A DNA stretch of 64,000 nt from Octopus sinensis. Its lineage: Eukaryota. Of this stretch, positions 54,001-64,000 are shown piece by piece. Position 1 is the stretch's first letter, and every line of letters starts with the position of its first letter. The notes beneath the pieces are model-generated. The model saw only the letters and a list, made by a program, of their open reading frames with translations, had not been told where the DNA came from and made no database searches. The position numbers and the translations under genes were made by a program. The stretch is taken from positions 170,128,001 to 170,192,000 of the forward strand of contig NC_042997.1 of the NCBI RefSeq assembly GCF_006345805.1, written 5' to 3'.

Positions 54001-57000
54001 TTATCTGGTGGGCAATGAGGAAACTAGGGATAGATGAATGGTTAGTGAGAGCTGTGCGGGCCATGTACAGGGACGCCGCTAGTAGGGTGAGGGTTGGAAA
54101 TGTACAGTGAAGAATTCCGGGTAGAGGTAGGAGTCCACCAAGGCTCAGTACTCAGCCCCCTCCTATTTATCATAGTCCTCCAGGCAATAACGGAGGAATT
54201 CAAGACAGGATGCCCTTGGGAGCTCCTCTATGCTGATGACCTTGCTCTAATTGCTGAGTCGCTATCAGAACTGGAGGAGAAGTTTCAGGTGTGGAAACAA
54301 GGATTAGAATCGAAGGGCCTCAGAGTCAATCTAGCTAAAACCAAAGTCGTAATCAGTAGGAAGGTAGACAAATCACAAACACCTTCAGGTAGATGGCCCT
54401 GCTCGATCTGTAGAAAAGGTGTAGGTAGAAACTCTATAAGATGCACCAAGTGTAAGCTATGGACACATAAGAGATGCAGCAATGTCAAAGGAAGGCTAAC
54501 TAGGAAGATGGTTTTTGTATGTGGCAGATGCTCAGGAACAATAAACACTGAAAATGCTCTGAGACCAACTTCCGTCACTTTCCAGGGAGAAAAACTAGAA
54601 ATAGTTGATAGTTTCCGTTACCTAGGTGACCAAGTCAGCAGCGGGGGCGGGTGTGCTGAAAGTGTAACTGCTAGAGTAAGAATAGCTTGGGCAAAGTTCA
54701 GAGAGCTCTTACCTCTGCTGGTGACAAAAGGCCTCTCGCACAGAGTGAAAGGCAGACTGTATGATGCGTGTGTACGAACAGCCATGCTACATGGCAGTGA
54801 AACATGGGCCGTGACTGCCGAGGATATGCGTAAGCTTGCTAGAAATGAAGCCAGTATGCTCCGATGGATGTGTAATGCCGGTACTCACACTCGGCAGAGT
54901 GTAAGTACCTTGAGAGAAAAGCTGGACCTAAGAAGCATCAGTTGTGGTGTGCAAGAGAGACGTTTGCGCTGGTATGGTCATGTGGCGAGAATGGATGAAG
55001 ATAGTTGTGTGAAAAAGTGCCACACCCTAGCGGTTGAGGGAACCTGTGGAAGAGGCAGACCCAGGAAAACCTGGGACGAGGTGGTGAAGCACGACCTTCG
55101 AACTTTAGGTCTCACTGAGGAAATGACTAGAGACCGAGACCTCTGGAAGTGTGCTGTGCGCGAGAAGACCCGGCAGGACAAGTGAGTCCATAACCCGTGG
55201 CCTTCTACATGGGATGGAGCCAGCCTACGTATGCATACCTTCCCTTCTTGGGACACAAAACTCTACTTGTGAAGATGTGATGAGGCAAGTGAGGATCAGA
55301 ATCGAAATCGATCAATGGAAATTGCGGATGTGCTACCAGTGCCGGTGGCATGTCAAAACTCTGCTTGTGAAGACCCGTTGAGGCAAGTGAGGATCAGAAT
55401 CGAAATCGATCAATGAAATCGATCAATGGAAATTGCAGATGTGTTACCAGTGCCGGTGGCATGTAAGAGAACTTTCCGTTTCGCGACCGTTGCCAGCACC
55501 GCCCCGTTTCGTGTCCGTTGCCAGCCTCGCCTGGCCCTCGTGCCGGTGGCACATAAAAAGCACCATCCGTTCGTGGCCGTTTGCCAGCTCTGTCTGGCAC
55601 CAGTGCGGGTGGCACGTAAAAAGCACCCACTACACTCACGGAGTGGTTGGCGTTAGGAAGGGCATCCAGCCATAGAAACACTGCCAGATTTGACTGGGCC
55701 TGATGAAGCCTTCTGGCTTCACAGACCCCAGTAGAAACGTCCAACCCATGCTAGCATGGAAAACGGACGCTAAACGATGATGATGATGATGATGATGATG
55801 TCATCATTATCATCATCATCATCGTTTAACATCCGCTTTCCATGCTAGCATGGGTTGGACAATTTGACTGAGGTCTGGCAAACCAGATGGCTGCACCAGG
55901 CCCCAATCTGATCTGGCAGGGTTTCCACAGCTGGATGCCCTTCCTAATGCCAACCACTCCGAGAGTGTAGTGGATGCTTTTATATACCACCGGCACGAGG
56001 GCCAGTCAGGCGATACTGGCAACGGCCATGCTCAAATGGTGCTTTTTATGAGCCACCTGCACAGGAGCCAGTCCAGCGGCACTGGCAACGACCACACTTG
56101 AATGTTTTTTCATGTGCCACCAGTACAAGTGCCAGTGTATAAAGTAATTATATTTTGTACTAGAAGTTAATTTCCATTTTTTTCATATCACTTATTTCTC
56201 TGATAACTTTTAGAAGAATCAACTAGTAGATACAGTAAAGCAGACTACAGCTGCAGAGAGTAAAACCAAGACTTCAACATTATTCTCCATCACTTTATCA
56301 AAATTGACTTTTTAAAGGTGCCTAATCTTTAAAGATCATTATCTTCTGGCCTCAGTGTTTTAATAAACATTTAACTCTTCAGCATTTAAACTGGCCAAAT
56401 ATGTAATATTTGTAGCTTCAAGATTTTAATGATGTCATTGTTTATTTTTAGAATGACACTGTAGGGTTACCCTACAGTGTCATTTTAAAAGTAAACAATC
56501 ATATCATTGAAATAATGATGAGACAAGATAATACATGATAAATTTTTTAAAAAGTGTTTAAATAAGTATTATATTTGATAAATTAATTTGAATGCGAAAG
56601 GGTTAAATAACAAAGACTATAGATGATTATTGCATGTAATGACACTATTTGTAATGTGTGATGTAACAGGCAGTTTGTAGTGAACATCACTTAGCTTTTC
56701 TTATCTAGTTTACCCTCTCTGCTAATCCACAAGTCATATGATATTTTCAAGGGGAGGACTTCATTAGTGATCTCACTTGTAGAAGATGGGGAGGAAAAAA
56801 CATGGTTTAGACTATTTTTAGAATTCCATTTTAGAAGGTATTTTGTGACCATATGACAGGTTAATATTTCTAACTGAATGTGTTGCTTACATTTCTTTTA
56901 CAGTATGAAGAGCTTGCAGACAAAGATGACTTGATGGGAATTGAAGATACAGCAAAGAAAGATATCCTTAAATTTCAATATTTCTAAATTTTATATTCCT

Positions 57001-60000
57001 ACATTCATTCACCAGGGTATTTGTCACTCCAGCTGGAGGGATCTCTCCCTTGATTCTTGTTAACACCATCATCATCATTTAGCATCTGCCTTCCATGCTG
57101 GCATGGGGTAAATGGTTTGATTGGAACTGGCAAGTTGAAGAGCTACATCAAGTTCCAGTCTAATTTGGCATAGTTTCTACAGCTGGATGCCCTTCCTATC
57201 GCCATCCACTCCAAGAGTGTAATGGGTGCTTTTTATGTGTCACCAGCATGGGTGCCAGTCATGTGACACCGGCATCAGCCACGACTATGATTTCACTTGG
57301 TTTGACGAGTCTTCTCAAGCACAGCATATCACCAAAGGTCTCAATCACTTGTCATTGCCTCTCTGAGGCCCAACATTTCAAACATCATGCTTCACCACCT
57401 CGTCCCATGTCTTCCTGGGCCTACCTCTTCCACAGGTTCTCTCCACAGTTAGAGATTGGCACTTCTTCACACAGCTGTCCTCATCTATACCCATCACATA
57501 GCCATACCAGTGCAGTTGCCTCTCTTACACACCCCATCTGATGCCTCTTATGTCCAACTTTTCTCTCAAGATGCTCACTCTGTCATACATGCACACTGAC
57601 TTTGCACATCCAGTGAAGCATACTAGCTTCATTTTTTTCAAGTCAACGCATATCCTCAGCAGTTACAGCCCATGTTTCACTGCTGTGTTGCATAACTGTT
57701 CACACACAAGCATCATACAAATCTGCCTTTCACTTTGAGGGAGAGGTCTTTAGTTACCAACAGAGGTAGGAGCTCTCTGAATTTTCCCAGCCTGTTCTTA
57801 TGCTAGCAACTACACTCTCAGAACGTCCCCCTCTGCTACTGACTTGGTCACCTAGATAATGGAAGCTATCAACTATTTATTAATGCTGGCATTTGTTTCA
57901 AGTATTTTCTATACTCACTACTTTAAGGTTTTGTTGGTGAGCTGGGTTTTTTTGTCTTTTAGGTACCTAGGTGAAATTTAATTTAGAATGTAAAGAATCA
58001 GAGTAAATATTACAGGGCTTCTGATCCAACATTTTTGCAATTTGTCTGTCCACCACTCTTGAATAGTAATTTTTTTATCAACCTTAAAAGGATAGAAGGT
58101 AAAGTTGACCTCAGCAAGATTTGCAGAGTAAGGATAAATATCACTAAGTGTTCTGTCCAACACTCTAACAACATTGCCAATTCACTGCCTTTTATGTTTT
58201 ATATTAATTAATGTAATTAGTTTAAGATGTACCATATTCGAAAGTAAGTCATTTCACATTGTCATGTCACTGAAATATATTCAAAAATGACTCCTTAACG
58301 TTCACAAGGTTTTTCTCTTCAAAGCCTTCTTTAAAGAACAGATCCACGGTGTTCACTGTAGGAGATAGAGGGGAAGTACTAACTACTCAGCTTGAAGCTC
58401 CTGTTATTGTTCCACATGCTGCTCAGAAAAATGAAACCCGGGTATGTACCAGCTATAATTAATGTCTCCTTTCTTTGAATAGTTCTTGTTGACTATGGAT
58501 ATCCTACGAAGATAACTGATTGAATGCTTAAAACTCTTGAGATATCTTGTGACAACTGAAAATGTTTTGGTTGCTTGTCAGATGAGTTGTAGTGCATCTG
58601 AGCACTGTATACAGTAAGTTCATTCATTCATCAGGGTATTTGTCACTCCTGGAGGGATCCCTCTCTTGATTCTGGTTGACACTTTCTATTAGGGTTTAAA
58701 GGGTTAAATGTAATGTGGTTCCATTATAAAGACAATGAGATTTACCTGCTACTGGTCAAACAATTGCATAAAAGTTCTTTCTGTTTATACTCTGTGTCAG
58801 AATTGGTAATTTATTTCCATTACACAGAGTTATGATTGTAGTCAAAGAGCTGAGGAACAGATTATTTGCTTTATTGAAGCTACTTCAATTTAGATCCTAT
58901 ATATTACCTCTAACCCTTATACTTCAAATAAATAACATCATGGAGTTAATTCAGTTTAATTCACTCTTCACTTCTAAAAACTTTGATTTGTATTTTCATC
59001 ATCATTAAGTATCCTTTTTTTTATTCTGTCATGGGTTGGGTGGTTCAATGTGAACTGATGAGCCAGAAAGCTGCACCAAGCTCCAACGTCTGCTCTGGCA
59101 TAGTTTCTACTGCTGGATGTCCTTCATAGCAAGAACCACTTCACAGAGTGTACTGGGTGCTTTTTTTGTGGCACCTGCATTGGAGAAGCTTCCACATACC
59201 CACAAGACTTCACCAAGTACTGGTGAAGTTACCAAGACTCCTCAACTGAGTGGGGTATAGTATTGAGAGATATAAAAGTATGATACAAGGACAAGAGCTG
59301 GTGCCTTACTGAAGGGATGAATATATGATTTTCCTATCTGGAAAGAGAGGGAGAGAGAGATGTGAGGTCAAAGTACAGGGTGAATATGAGAAAGAGAGAA
59401 AAGGATAGAAGAATAGGAAAGGTGTACCTTCATTATTATTTGTTTTACAGTGTTTGTGTTTCTTGTCAAGAGAAATATATTTTATAACATTTCTATTTTT
59501 CTTTCCATCTTCTTTAGTATACATTTGAAAAACTGTTTCGCAGTCAGCACTACACGTTGATGGATAATTGTTGTCGAGAATATTTGTTTGTTGTGGACTT
59601 CTTCATGGTATCGGTTGGAAGTACAGCAGCTCAGGAACTTTTCAACAGCATCATGGGGAAAACACTATCAATGTTTTTGGTATGTAGCTAGTTTTCTCTT
59701 GCTTGATTTAATTTCTACACATTCAACATTTTCTTTATCTACATTTATGTTATATATGTACTAGTTACTTCACAAGCCAGCGAAGGTGCCTCTGTCTATT
59801 GCAATGAGTGAAGTGAAATTATTATCTGCCCATCTATGAAAAAGGACATTGATACATTGGATAATATAGTCCTAGATAGATTATGTCTAACAAAGACAAT
59901 CATCATTGCTGGAACAGTTTTGATCATTGGGTAACGTTATCAGGTGTAGCTTAGAGCTAAACAATAATATTGTTTAGGTATTTAGTTTTTATATGTCCAT

Positions 60001-60376
60001 TTTCTACATGTGATACAATTTCTATGGAAATAATTGACTTTAAATACTGCAGTCTGTCTGCCAAGAAAGATTTAAGACTTTCCAAATAAAATAATTCTAT
60101 CGAAATATAGAAAGAACTGAAATGGTATGATATGTCTAAATGATGTGCTTGAGAAAAGAATTGCGCAAATCAGAAAAATATCTAGCTCCAAATTCAGCCT
60201 CTTATAACTGCCACTTCCGTCATTATTTTCACACCTGATTTTCCATGCTTGCAAGAGTTGGGTAGGTGCTCCCAAGTATAGTGTCATATCATTTGGGACA
60301 TTCCTATGTCACCTCCTTTGCCCCTACATGGCCTTGCTTTTTGAGCCAAAAAATTAACTAACTAACAATACACGCA

Positions 60377-60434
<58 letters not shown>

Positions 60435-63024
60435 TCCTGCAGCCCAATGTCACTGTCATCACTCTCTCTTTCCTGTCCTTCTCTGAGTATATAGGGAAGC
60501 TACCCTGTTGCTCCCCTATATACTTGTGTATTACCACTCACTACATTTCCCTTTCCCTCCCTCTCCCCCTTTGCATTCATGTGAACTCCCTGCTTGTACC
60601 CACTATCCAATTCTCTACCACTCCATTTACATTCACCTCCTTGTACCTTAGGAGTACACCCTAGATCATAACCACTATCTCTCTCTCTCACTGGGGTAGC
60701 CATGCTTCTCCTCTACAGCAAGACATCTGTTTCTGTCCCTCTATCATAGTTTAATCTCTCATCACTTGACACAAAGCCACCCCTCTCAGTTGAGGGATCA
60801 TGGTCTTGGAAGTTACTCAGTCACCTTGCTAGTGCTGGTGCCACATCAAAAAGCACCTAGTAGAAACCATGTCAAAGCAGACAGTAAAACTTGGTACAGT
60901 CCTCTGGCTTGCCAGCTCCTGTCAAACTGTCCAACCCATGCTAGTGTGGAAGATGGATGTTAAATGATGATGATGATATATATACCAATGAATTAGCAAC
61001 AAGTTCATCAAAAACAAATTCTCAATTTTATATTGCTTGATACCCACTAGATCCTGTGAAAACCACCAATCTTTGAATAGGTTTCATAAGATTTGGATTT
61101 TGGGATCTGGGCATAAAGATGAGAAATATGGGATAAATAAGTCATGATTAGAATTTTTGTTAGGGTGTGTAAAGAAGGAAAGAACCCTCATTAAAATTCT
61201 TAATCTGCAATTTTGATGAAATTCGAATCATAGCTATTCCAGTTTATTAGAGAAAATATAAAAGAAAAGTTTAGTTTTTCAATTCCATGTGACGGACAAA
61301 GCTGGGTATCTCTGCCAGTATTTAATATATCCTTCCTTTTTCTGAATCGGTAAAGTTTGATATGAGGGAGATTTAGTTGCCATTTCTGTGAGATTGAGTA
61401 TGTAGAGAATTCATCCTACTTCCAATAAAAACAACAAAAATTGAAAAGTACTGTCTTATGTTTTAAATTTTTTAATTGATTATTTTTTGTTAATTGTAAT
61501 TTTGAATTTATTTATTTTCTCTTTCCAGAAACATATGGAAGTTTACACAAATGATTGCTTTGATTCTATTGCCATCTTTCTCTGCATCCATATCATTAAT
61601 CGCTATCGTACCATCATGCTTAAACGCAATGTACCTGCTCTGGAGAGGTTGGTTTCATTTTTACTTTATTTGTTGTCACATTACACATTCAACAAGTTGT
61701 CTTAATTTTGTAGCCTTCAACAGCACAAAAACACAATCATGAAATCAGTTCCTCATCTTGCAGTCAACAGCAAGCAATATGCAATTAATAATCTCAAAGT
61801 CATTACAAATGCTAGGACTTGCAATCTCTAATGAGCTTTTTATGGCAGCCTAATATAACATTTGTGGAAGCGCATGGCTTAGTGGTTAGGGTGTCAGCAC
61901 CATGATCGTAAGATTGTGGTTTCGATTCCTGGACCAGACGACGCATTGTGTTCATGAGCAAAACACTTCATTTCATGTTGCTCCAGTCCACTCAGCTGGC
62001 AAAAAATGAGTAACGCTGCGATGGACTGGCGTCCTATCCAGCTGGGGAACATATACACCATAGAAACTGGGAAACCGGGCTCATGAACCTGGCTAGGCTT
62101 TAAAAAGGGTGCATTTAGTTATTTTTAATGTAACATTTAAAACGGCATTTCAAAAACTGGTTTTCCAATGCAAGGCCAGGAAATTCTTCATCTCCACTTG
62201 GTTTCTGGCCCTTCACAAAGCTCGAGTAAAACTCACAGTGGACTAGTGCTTTTATATCTGAGATGGTACTGCTGTTACATATATATATCCTAACCTGCAT
62301 CCAAAAAGTAGCTAGGAATTCTAATTATATCATGGTCTTCATATACCAGAAGTTTATTTCTTTCTTTTCAGCTCTTGGCAATAGAGTTTTTTATTTTATT
62401 GAACCAATTTACCCATGCAAGTATGACTAATTGGATATAAAGCTAGAAATATAGTGCTAATATATATTTTATCACATTCTTCTGGGTTAGTAAATAACTA
62501 CCTGTAATGTACTGGGGAAAGTGTGGTAAAATTGATCTTGGTAGAGTTTGAACTTGGTATAACAAGGTACTGAATTATTAACAGTAAAAATCTAGTCTAA
62601 TATTACTCTAAATTCTACCTTTCTTCAATAATTATGCCCCAGGATCTCCACTCTTAGTTATTATTAATGAATTGTTCAGTGTTATATGATGTCTGACAAC
62701 AAGAGGTATAACATATTGCTGGAATTAAAAACCAGATAAATAGAGAAGCTTGTCAAAGTAGATTTCCACAACTCAATATTAAATGAAAATGTTTTGTGTT
62801 TAACTACTTCACACCTTGTATAATATTTCATCAACAACTATATCAAAGACATTCTATATCATCATCATAATCATGGTCTTTGTCATCATTCTTATTGAAG
62901 GTACTGGCAAACACTTCAGGACATAATGTGGCCAAGATTCCAATATATACTTGAACTAAATATTCATAGTGTTAAAGAATGTGATCCCCAGAAACTTGGA
63001 CAAATTGATATCCGGCCCCATTAT
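38562..63024 (+). CDS. VPS52: Vacuolar protein sorting 52 (GARP/EARP subunit), first 15 exons; continues beyond the window
   Basis: Exons 38562-38597, 40813-40894, 41632-41684, 41822-41897, 42877-42944, 44214-44327, 45553-45614, 47631-47781, 48741-48841, 51665-51797, 56904-56961, 58308-58441, 59518-59679, 61529-61647, 62901-63024. Peptides GVDLRQYSKQIE, FQADLSSISNEIQTLQEQS, QKIYSFRKPMTNYQ, KDDLMGIEDTAKK, LFRSQHY, DIRPHY. Exon 1 is less certain than the rest. Confidence 0.96.
41898..42876 (+). other. U12-type GT-AG intron of VPS52
   Basis: Donor GTATCCTTTT; branch CCCTTAAC 11 nt before the intron end; no polypyrimidine tract; removal restores the frame (IQG-Y-IKES). Confidence 0.9.
43371..43837 (+). 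repeat. Diverged direct repeat of about 148 bp (43371-43518 and 43689-43837)
   Basis: Shared ATAAGAGTTT.AACTCTTATTTCTAGCAATAA..TAGCACCCACAGT.ACAATTAGTG.TGACT. Confidence 0.85.
47935..48200 (+). mobile_element. CR1/L2-like LINE 3' end
   Basis: RVAEAWNKLPAPVV..SFK C-terminal motif, 3' stem GTGGTGCACCTGAGCAC and (ATT)n tail; a related tail lies at about 58585-58625. Confidence 0.65.
49831..50216. repeat. Long inverted repeat (arms 49831-49987 and 50062-50216), probable Penelope-like pseudo-LTR relic
   Basis: Highly similar arms of about 155 bp; hammerhead core in the spacer; (TA)n flanks. Confidence 0.88.
50017..50069 (+). ncRNA. Minimal type-I hammerhead ribozyme motif (Penelope-type), slightly degenerate
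   Basis: uauca-CUGAUGA-AGGG..GUUC uuac GAAC..CCCU-GAAA-ucg-GUC-cgaug. Confidence 0.65.
50558..51050. repeat. Inverted repeat (50558-50658 and 50893-50991) plus short direct terminal repeat, Penelope-like
   Basis: Arms of about 100 bp; GGTGGCAAATATACTTCA.GATG repeated directly at 50659 and 50987; hammerhead core inside; embedded in (TA)n. Confidence 0.85.
50796..50840 (+). ncRNA. Minimal type-I hammerhead ribozyme motif, degenerate
   Basis: cacaca-CUGAUGA-cagau uagu aucca-GAAA-cucgg-GUU-cgugug. Confidence 0.55.
52084..55800 (+). mobile_element. Near full-length RTE-clade LINE in VPS52 intron 10, frameshifted as assembled
   Basis: AP endonuclease (NVGTL, CMQE, SAYAP, GDFNGHVG, SQIDYI), RT (NYRGIKLL, QFGF, FVDMEKAFD, GVHQGSVLSPLLF, YADD), C-terminal RLRWYGHV and RGRPRKTW, then a 3' UTR ending in (GAT)n. 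The 5' UTR may extend a little upstream. Confidence 0.95.
55801..56137 (-). mobile_element. RTE 3'-tail element, tail-to-tail with the LINE
   Basis: (CAT)n followed by the reverse complement of the ...CCAACCCATGCTAGCATGGAAAGCGGA.GTTAAACG tail. Confidence 0.85.
56962..58307 (+). other. U12-type intron of VPS52 with AT start and non-canonical 3' end (AT-AA as assembled)
   Basis: Donor ATATCCTT after ...AKKG; perfect branch TCCTTAAC at 58292-58299; the frame of GFFSSKPSL fits an exon start at 58308. Confidence 0.82.
57066..57875 (-). mobile_element. Degenerate RTE 3' portion
   Basis: Reverse complement resembles 54600-55100 (YLGDQVS, RPRKTWDEVVKHD) followed by the (GAT)n tail. Confidence 0.75.
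60385..60433. repeat. (CA)n microsatellite
   Basis: Directly visible; a compound (CT)n(CA)n also lies at about 48512-48569. Confidence 0.95.
61868..62115 (+). mobile_element. tRNA-derived SINE, family B
   Basis: Near-identical to 8986-9198. Confidence 0.8.
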
Positions 63025-63106
63025 GTAAGTTTTCATCTTCATTTTTGAAATTGTTTCTTTTATAATCAACTTGAAAGATAAATCATACTACCCTAACTGC
63101 GATATA

Positions 63107-63733
63107 TACGAGGGATGCTAAAAAGTTCCTGGCTTTAAGGGTATTGCGAAAGGCCTGGTTGGAGGCCCAACATTTCAAGTTCTAACAACTCAATTTTGTA
63201 TCCTTCAACAGCACAAAAACACAATCATGAAAACGGTTCCTCATCTTGCAGTCAACAGCAAGACGACTGTTGTTATCACTAGGCCTAACTCATCGTAAAG
63301 TCAATACCACCATGACTGATATCCAATCTACAGTGGAGAAGGCTAGCCACTGGATTTGGTTAAAAAGAGACAATGAGCGATGGCTAGAAGTATATTGAGT
63401 TCTTCATAACCAGCTGATCTAGCAAGCAGGGCCTCATATCAGTGAGGGGGGCCAGTGCGCATTGATGCCGTCGAGAGGTAGGCCCCGAAACAGCGCGCAT
63501 TCTCTCCTGATGACCCCATACACTTGCTAGCTTCCGATATACGGAGCTTTTAACTGGTAGCACTTGCATGTGCAAGTTGTTTGCAAGACATCCAAGACTT
63601 AGAAAAACTGAAGGACCGTTGCAATAAGTTTGTGGATCAGAGAAGGGAATATGTGGAATAAAATCGTAATTAACTGATCCTCCTGTATTTTCTTTTACTC
63701 AAAGCCAGGAACTTTTCAGCACCACCTCACGTA
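63107..63733 (+). mobile_element. Internally deleted mariner element
   Basis: TA-CGAGGG..AAAAGTTCCTGGCTTT / AAAGCCAGGAACTTTT..CCTC..G-TA TIRs; KLKDRCNKFVDQRREYVE* resembles a mariner transposase C-terminus. Confidence 0.75.
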
Positions 63734-63734
63734 T

Positions 63735-63770
<36 letters not shown>

Positions 63771-64000
63771 GGAAAAAGGACAACAAAAACCAAAGTGGGA
63801 TGAGTATCTCAAGTCATTTAGAATATTTAATTAGAGTAAGGTGAATTTGAGGTAAACAATTAATTATTGGATGTCTTACAGCTGTTTCTGGGATATCCCA
63901 AATGATAGGTTAGCAACTTCTTTTATATTTTCTGCAACTTAAACATTTTAACAATACTTTTTTAGGGGGACTTCAACTTTTTTTTTTTTACAAAAAGCAA

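Overview
AT-rich, intron-rich animal DNA; the SINE/LINE repertoire points to an octopus (inferred, not proven). Four spliced genes were reconstructed by hand with consistent exon phases: the last 9 exons of MED24 (+), a complete WDR38-like WD40 gene (+, 332 aa), complete RPS18 (-, 152 aa) and the first 15 exons of VPS52 (+). Introns and the intergenic region carry tRNA-derived SINEs, RTE 3' tails, MITEs, LINE relics and one near full-length RTE LINE. Highlights: (1) the RPS18 and VPS52 start codons lie only 49 bp apart; (2) VPS52 has two U12 introns, one reading AT-AA as assembled; (3) four decayed Penelope-type hammerhead ribozyme motifs, three inside long inverted repeats next to (TA)n; (4) a PHD finger inside the RTE reverse transcriptase; (5) short local copies of exon-adjacent sequence pasted into or beside nearby transposons. 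Most ORFs in the supplied track are spurious.
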